A stretch of DNA of 64,000 nucleotides, taken from the IMG/VR virus record IMGVR_UViG_3300029305_000620. One strand, given 5' to 3'. Under the pieces are notes generated by a model. The model was given only the letters and a program-made list of their open reading frames with translations, made no database searches and was not told where the DNA came from. Below, one piece after another: positions 58,632 through 64,000 of this stretch. Within the stretch, counting starts at the first letter, position 1. Each line of letters starts with the position of its first letter. Both the position numbers and the translations under genes were made by a program. This DNA comes from an uncultured virus (IMG/VR IMGVR_UViG_3300029305_000620). Its lineage: Duplodnaviria; Heunggongvirae; Uroviricota; Caudoviricetes.

Positions 58632-59026
58632 TCATCGAACATGGAAATCTGCTGCCCGTGTTCCGTATCGTGTGTGTGCAGCCATTCTTTGATGACGGTG
58701 GTTGCGATTGCGTTCGCGGTGGTGCGCTGGGGAATGGTGAGCAGCCCCCAGGCTTCCCGCGTTTCGTCCTCATGCACGCCGCCGTAGATGCTGCAGCAGG
58801 CTTGCCCCAGCCACGCGCGGCGGTTGATCCCGGCGTTGGAAAGGTTGAACTCCGTCGCCACCGGCCAGGTGTCAACCACCATCCGCATTGCCTTCTCACA
58901 GGTGGCCGGATCACCAAGGATGGAGGCCGCGAGCTTCACACGCTCATTGCGGGACTCCCTGTCCTCGTCGTACATGCCGTGGTGGAAGTCCTCCCACTTG
59001 TTATAGTGATGAAAAATCCGTTTCAT
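58613..59026 (-). CDS. Hypothetical protein inside the IbrAB-like locus
   Basis: WEDFHHGMY...NRRAWLGQACC; overlaps both neighbours. Confidence 0.7.
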   Translation of the reverse strand: MKRIFHHYNKWEDFHHGMYDEDRESRNERVKLAASILGDPATCEKAMRMVVDTWPVATEFNLSNAGINRRAWLGQACCSIYGGVHEDETREAWGLLTIPQRTTANAIATTVIKEWLHTHDTEHGQQISMFDEWRAMF

Positions 59027-59672
59027 CCAGGCCGCCTCCCAGGTCGTCAGAAATATCGACCTCCCACGCCGTGGAGAACTCCTTGTCCGCGAACATTTCA
59101 GCCAGGCCGGTGATCTGCGAGAGGCGAAGCACCTCGTCCGCGTCCATGCCCAGCTCGCGGGCAATCTTGGCATCGCTCCAATTCCGGCGCTTGAGCTCGA
59201 CCACGATGTCGCTCATGGCCTCGACGCGATGCTTGCCGCGGGCGCGGTTGTGTCGGATCGTCGAAGCAATGCGGTCACCCTTTTCCTCGCGGTCATTGTT
59301 GATGACGACCACGGGAAGGTAGCCGTGAATGCGGTCTGCGATGTCCTGGTATTCCTTGCCGACGCGGTTACGGTGGAAGCCGTCAACGACTTCATAAATG
59401 CCGTCATGCTGCCATACAACAATCGGCTGGGTGTAGCCGTCCTCCTGGATGGAAACGTGCAGCAGCTCCATTTCGGGAGGAGCAACGCTGTTCGGGTTGT
59501 AGTCGTTGGCGATGACCTGATCTGCCTTGACCCACTGGACACATTCCACCGGCTCGGCGGTAAAGGGACTGATCTCCTTCAGGAGGGCCTTGACCTCATT
59601 GATTGCGATGACCTTTTCGCCCAGCTCCATCCCGGAGATTTCCAGCAACTTCTCGCGCAATGCGTTATCCAT
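59001..59672 (-). CDS. ParB/Srx-like protein (IbrB/YbdM-like)
   Basis: ANDYNPNSVAPPEM, DGYTQPIV, VVDGFHR, STIRHNRARG. Confidence 0.85.
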   Translation of the reverse strand: MDNALREKLLEISGMELGEKVIAINEVKALLKEISPFTAEPVECVQWVKADQVIANDYNPNSVAPPEMELLHVSIQEDGYTQPIVVWQHDGIYEVVDGFHRNRVGKEYQDIADRIHGYLPVVVINNDREEKGDRIASTIRHNRARGKHRVEAMSDIVVELKRRNWSDAKIARELGMDADEVLRLSQITGLAEMFADKEFSTAWEVDISDDLGGGLDETDFSSL

Positions 59673-59952
59673 ATCTTTTGTGCCTTCCTTTACTTCTCGT
59701 TGATCTCCGTGGAGATGGCGGGCTTGGCCTTCTTGGCCGGGGCCTTCTTGTCGGTATCGCCCGGCTCGGTCTTCGTGACGATCACATGGGGCAGGGATGC
59801 CCTGAATGCTTCCATTTCGGCCTTCTGCTGACGCTCCTGCTCCTGCAGCAGCTCATAGCGAGCCACCTTGGTCACAAGGTCTCGGTACTCCCAAATCGGG
59901 ATCGTAACGTAGTTGATCATGTTGTCGGGCTCGCGCTCGATGGTGTGGTTGC

Positions 59953-60495
59953 TCATTGTTGTGCCTCCTTTTTCTTCTTCCAGTCCTCATCCTGCCAGAC
60001 GAAGACGCGCTCTTTTGTCTTGCTATTCTTGATGGCCAGGGCCACAATGCGCTTGTTTTCAATGACAATCTTCTCAACCTCGAAGCTGTCATAGCATTGC
60101 CAGCGGGAGCCGTTTTGCTTCAATGCCGTGCACTTCGCCGCCGGAATCCAGATGAACGGGGCCGTGTACAGCTCCCTACCAACCCCCCAGTTGAATGCAG
60201 CGCGCTTGAAGCTGTCCGATGCAAGGCCCTTGGCGGCTTCCGTGTTGCTCTCGGTGCCGGTGTCCTCCTTGCTGATCCACATCTGCTTTTCCTTATCCCA
60301 CAGGGACACGGTGCAGTTGGCGTTGTCGCGGCTGTGCTGCCGCTTCCAGTTCATCGGGCCGACGGTCTCATCCAGAATGTTCATGTCGCACCGTGCATCC
60401 TTGTACAGCAGCACGGAAACGCCGTTCTCTTTTGCCTGGGCGACACGGCACTCAATCTCATCACTCCGCAGGTCGCGGAACATGTACTCTGCCAT
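59953..60495 (-). CDS. Rad52/Sak-like single-strand annealing protein
   Basis: YKDARCDMNILDE, KGLASDSFKRAAFNWGVGRELY. Confidence 0.8.
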   Translation of the reverse strand: MAEYMFRDLRSDEIECRVAQAKENGVSVLLYKDARCDMNILDETVGPMNWKRQHSRDNANCTVSLWDKEKQMWISKEDTGTESNTEAAKGLASDSFKRAAFNWGVGRELYTAPFIWIPAAKCTALKQNGSRWQCYDSFEVEKIVIENKRIVALAIKNSKTKERVFVWQDEDWKKKKEAQQ

Positions 60496-60508
60496 GCGTC
60501 AGCCCTCC

Positions 60509-60991
60509 TTATTTCACCTGGATGTTGGATCGCTTGACCAGCTGTGTGCCAGGCACGATCTCGCCCTTCTTGATGAGCTCCTTGATGGCCGTCTTGTTGG
60601 GCTCCGGCAGCTTGTAGTTCAGCAGATCGGTGTTTTCCTTGCTTGCCCACATGCGGAAGAACTCCGGGTCTGTGATCTCCACCGCCTCTGACGTGCGGAA
60701 GCTGACGGCAGCCTTTGTGGAGGTGAACTTCTGGCCCTGCAAAGCGTATTCGAGCCATTTCTTGAGGGATTCAGCCTTGTTCCGGGCGACACGCTCACGG
60801 GTCGCAAAGACCTCTTTTTCGGCCCTGTAAGCCTCGGCCTCTGCCACCAGGTTCTTCACCCACATGGCAACGTTCTCAATCTTCTCGTAGCGATCCATGT
60901 TCAGGGCATTGAGCTTCTCCTCGTCAATGACTTCGCCTGTCTCCGGGTCGATGCAGGACATGATCGCCCATTCAATCTCGTAAAGTTTCAT
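60509..60991 (-). CDS. Siphovirus Gp157 family protein
   Basis: MKLYEI...DPETGE, PNKTAIKELIK.G..VPG. Confidence 0.8.
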   Translation of the reverse strand: MKLYEIEWAIMSCIDPETGEVIDEEKLNALNMDRYEKIENVAMWVKNLVAEAEAYRAEKEVFATRERVARNKAESLKKWLEYALQGQKFTSTKAAVSFRTSEAVEITDPEFFRMWASKENTDLLNYKLPEPNKTAIKELIKKGEIVPGTQLVKRSNIQVK

Positions 60992-61882
60992 TCTTGCGCT
61001 CCTTTCATTTTCTCGGGTGTTGTTACTGCTTCTTGTACTTGGCTACCAGCCACATCATCAGCACGAAGGCGTAGGCCAGCGCGGTGACGGTGCAGCAGAT
61101 GATCAGGATGACCTGCACATGCGGTGCCATGGTGCCACTCCTTTCTAACGTTCGTTCTCGCGGCTCAGGATCTTCCGCAGGCCCTTGAGGGCACCGTCGC
61201 CGTCGCCGGCAAGCACCTGGCCGCGAAGGGTGGCGTATTCCTGGGCCGTCAGCCTGTCACGGCAGGCCATGACGTGCATGAGGGCCTTGAAGTCGATTTT
61301 CTGCATCCTGCCTCCTCCTTTCGTGTCCGCTGCGATAGCGCAGCAGTTTTCGCTTTTCCGCTGCGAAAGTGCAGCGTTGGCTTCTCACTCAATAAGATCG
61401 GCAGTCCACTTGAGGTACTTCTTCTCCGCGCACTCCTCGTGCATCGGGCCGTCTCCGAAGTCCCAGCAGCGCTCGTCGTCTATCACATGGTCGCACTCAA
61501 TGCAGAGCGGGAACATGTCGTGCAGCGCGTCCTGGTGCTCGCAGTATGCGTCCCAGTCAGCGGGGCCGTCATCCGTATAGCGGGGCCAGCGTGGTCTTCT
61601 TGGCAGCATTCTTGGTCACCTCGCTTTTGTGCATCTCCTTGCCGAAGGCCGTCACGGCCCGGCGCAGGGTGTCCTCGCGCTTGTGTCGCTCCTTGTCATC
61701 AAGGGCGGGCCGGTGAACGACGATCTCGCACAAGCCGTATGTATAGGTGTTCGTCCGGGCTTCCATCGGATCACCCCTGCTTCCTGGCCTTCAGGTACTC
61801 GCGCACTCGTTTGGCGTTCTTCTTTTTGATTTCTTCCATCAGCTTCAATTTCTCGCGGATGGTCATGGTGTGGCCTCCTTCA

Positions 61883-62258
61883 AGTTTTGATTTCAAAACT
61901 TTTTGCAAAAAAAATATAGGTGGACATGCTCAATCGGGATTCCCAGCAGCTCGCAAGCCTTCTCAATCTCCTCCCGCTTCCACGGGGTCGTATTGTTCAG
62001 CTTGGCGCTCAGGGTCGCCGGATTCATACCCATCGCGATGGCGAAGGCGGTTTCCGTCTTGAAAACCTCGCGAATCTTGCCACGCAGCATATCGTAACTC
62101 ATGCTCTCACGCTCCTTCCTGGGTAGTTTTGATTTCAAAACCCGAAAACATGATAATACTACTCGCAAGTAATGTCAAGGGGGAAAATTGAATTTTCACG
62201 ACTTTTATTATAAAATTTTCGTGTTTTTATTGTATTTTCTCAATTTCGGTGGTATATT
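61883..62258. promoter_or_regulatory. Phage B switch: AGTTTTGATTTCAAAAC operators and divergent promoters
   Basis: Palindromes at 61883-61900 and 62125-62142; leftward TTGACA-17-TATCAT (62178-62150); rightward TTGTAT-17-TATATT (62230-62258). Confidence 0.7.
61893..62102 (-). CDS. Cro-like HTH (DUF739-like)
   Basis: YDMLRGKIRE...AFAIAMG...LSAKLN...YFF. Confidence 0.8.
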   Translation of the reverse strand: MSYDMLRGKIREVFKTETAFAIAMGMNPATLSAKLNNTTPWKREEIEKACELLGIPIEHVHLYFFCKKF

Positions 62259-62283
62259 ATACCCATCGCAAAGGAGGGTTAGT

Positions 62284-62655
62284 ATGGCAAAATTTGAGCG
62301 GATAGACAGCACAGCGAATCGCCTCCGCATCGCTATGGAGGAAGCCGGGAAGCGTCAGGTGGATCTCGTTCGAGAAACCGGCATTGATAAAGGCGCTCTA
62401 TCCAACTACCTGAAAGGCCGATATGAGCCAAAGCAGGATGTAGTCTACAAACTGGCGGTTGCATTGAACGTATCTGAAATGTGGCTGTGGGGTTATGACT
62501 GCAAGAAGGAAAGAACACAAGAGCAAAAAAACAACGACCTGCTTGCGCAGATCGTTGTAAGGCTTCGTAATGACAAAGCGTTTTTCGACGCTGTGTCTTC
62601 TCTCTATAAGATGGACTCAGACAAGCTCGAAAGTCTATCGGCTTTTCTGAAGTAA
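62284..62655 (+). CDS. CI-like XRE repressor (no peptidase domain)
   Basis: RQVDLVRETGIDKGALSNYLKGRYEPKQ, LNVSEMWLWG. Confidence 0.88.
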   Translation: MAKFERIDSTANRLRIAMEEAGKRQVDLVRETGIDKGALSNYLKGRYEPKQDVVYKLAVALNVSEMWLWGYDCKKERTQEQKNNDLLAQIVVRLRNDKAFFDAVSSLYKMDSDKLESLSAFLK

Positions 62656-62736
62656 TTTGAGTATGAAGTCCAGCAAGGCCAAATCTTCACACTTTTCGAG
62701 CAACGCGTTTATTGATTTCAAGAGTCTTTCTCTCAA
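62635..62736 (-). CDS. 33 aa peptide convergent on the repressor; candidate antirepressor
   Basis: TTG start with GAGGAG RBS; MRERLLKSINALLEKCEDLALLDFILKLLQKSR. Confidence 0.6.
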   Translation of the reverse strand: MRERLLKSINALLEKCEDLALLDFILKLLQKSR

Positions 62737-62772
62737 AGCAAATTCCTCCTTTAATTCAATTTTATCGGGGCA

Positions 62773-62784
62773 GAACGCGTGTTC
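62773..62784. promoter_or_regulatory. Bacillota-type LexA (Cheo) box
   Basis: GAAC-GCGT-GTTC, 7 bp downstream of a minus-strand TACAAT (62797-62792); TTGTCA -35 at 62821-62816. Confidence 0.7.
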
Positions 62785-63011
62785 ATGGGTCATTGTACCC
62801 TATTCCAGTTATCTCTGACAAATGGGAATCGTTCCCTTGCCAGTATAGTACAATCATGGGCCGGATCAGTGCCCGCCGACACAAAAAGACATGAAAGGAG
62901 GTGGTTGTTTCAAAAATGGAAAATACCACTTTTGAGAATAAAGGAGGTGACACTTTCAGCTTTGCAACAAACATTGCAACATAGTTGCAACCACACAGGA
63001 GGAAAAATGAA

Positions 63012-64000
63012 ATGTCAGAGGTTTACCTAACATCCGACGAGTACATCATGTACCTTCGGAAATCGAGGGCGGACAATCCGCTGGAATCAGTAGAAGAAGT
63101 GCTGGAGAAGCACGAAAAGATGCTGCAGGACTTCGCGTTGAGAACGCTGGGCGGATACATCCCCGAGCACTGCATCCTGCGGGAGATCGGATCGGGGGAG
63201 ACAATCGCCGAACGTGAGAAAATGCAGGAGGTGCTTGCACGGGTAGAAGACCCAAAGGTGCGCGGCTGCATCGTCGCTGATAGCTCCCGCCTTTCCCGTG
63301 GCGACCTCTCCGAATGCGGCACCGTCGTCAATGCTTTTCGGTATACGCGGACGGAGATCATCACGCCGCGCATTACCTACGACCTGACGAACGAGATGCA
63401 CCGGCAGTTTTTCGAGCAGGAGCTCATGCAGGGCCGCTCATACCTGGAATACACAAAGCGCGTGCTGCTGATAGGCCGGGAGAATGCCATCAAGCAAAAA
63501 GGCGCATACATCGGCAACATCCCGCCGTTCGGCTATGATAAGGCCGTCATCGACGATGTGCACACCCTCAAACCGAACGATGCTGCTGCTGCCGTGCTGA
63601 TGGCCTTTGAGATGTACGTCAACGAGGGTAAGACCTACCTACAGATCGCCCGCCACCTTGACAGCCTGGGCATCAGGCCAACCGTGAGCAAGGTGTGGGA
63701 GAAATCGTCCATCCGGGCAATGCTACAAAACAAGCACTATATCGGCATGGTATACTTCGGGAAGTACAGAACAGAAAAGACCATCGAAAACGGCCAGGTC
63801 GTGAGCCGATCCGTGCGACAGCCGGATGACAAGGTGATCATTGCCAAGGGCAAGCACCAGGCAATCGTGCCGCTGGAGCTGTTCGAGGCGGCCCAGGAAA
63901 AGATGGACAATAACCCTCGTGCGAAATGGGACATGCCCCTGCAGAATCCGCTGGCCGGCTTGATCGTCTGCCATAGCTGCGGCAAAGCGTTGGCACAGCA
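63012..64000 (+). CDS. Large serine recombinase (3'-truncated by window)
   Basis: YLRKSR catalytic Ser, DSSRLSRG, PPFGY, GKHQAIV, LAGLIVCHSCG zinc ribbon. Confidence 0.92.
   Translation, partial: MSEVYLTSDEYIMYLRKSRADNPLESVEEVLEKHEKMLQDFALRTLGGYIPEHCILREIGSGETIAEREKMQEVLARVEDPKVRGCIVADSSRLSRGDLSECGTVVNAFRYTRTEIITPRITYDLTNEMHRQFFEQELMQGRSYLEYTKRVLLIGRENAIKQKGAYIGNIPPFGYDKAVIDDVHTLKPNDAAAAVLMAFEMYVNEGKTYLQIARHLDSLGIRPTVSKVWEKSSIRAMLQNKHYIGMVYFGKYRTEKTIENGQVVSRSVRQPDDKVIIAKGKHQAIVPLELFEAAQEKMDNNPRAKWDMPLQNPLAGLIVCHSCGKALAQ

Larger units (their letters stand above)
36881..64000. mobile_element. Phage B (siphovirus-type packaging genes, serine recombinase); capsid/tail genes absent from the window
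   Basis: MuF, SPP1-like portal, PBSX-like TerL, TerS, replication genes, cro/cI and a large serine recombinase at the right edge. Confidence 0.8.

Noticed and set aside
57396..59672. Complete Dnd/Ssp phosphorothioation system
   Set aside because: No cysteine desulfurase, DndD/E or SspB/C genes seen; only the IbrAB-like genes

Overview
This GC-rich window is almost entirely temperate-phage DNA, probably from a Clostridia/Bacillota host, and holds two different phage genomes joined with no host genes between them. Phage A (1 to ~29.4 kb) is podovirus-like. It carries a giant polyvalent virion protein, N4-gp56-type capsid, scaffold, its own Prp protease, portal, terminase, HUH-type Rep, a tRNA cluster, a poly-C frameshifted methyltransferase, repressor and tyrosine integrase. 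It is followed by an apparently intact attP: the 3' half of tRNA-Ser(GCT) with integrase arm repeats on both sides. Next (29.5-36.9 kb) come a regulated Gly/Cys-rich 5-gene cargo operon, holins, a Tad2-like anti-defence gene, endolysin and LRR/CBM genes. Phage B (37.1-64 kb) has a MuF-ADP-ribosyltransferase, SPP1-like portal, PBSX-like terminase, replication and early genes, an IbrAB-like PAPS-reductase/ParB locus, a cro/cI switch with a LexA-box-controlled mini-antirepressor candidate, and a serine recombinase. No capsid or tail genes for B are visible here. The layout suggests a phage-in-phage co-integrate formed outside att, or an assembly chimera. All calls come from motif recognition by eye, without database searches.
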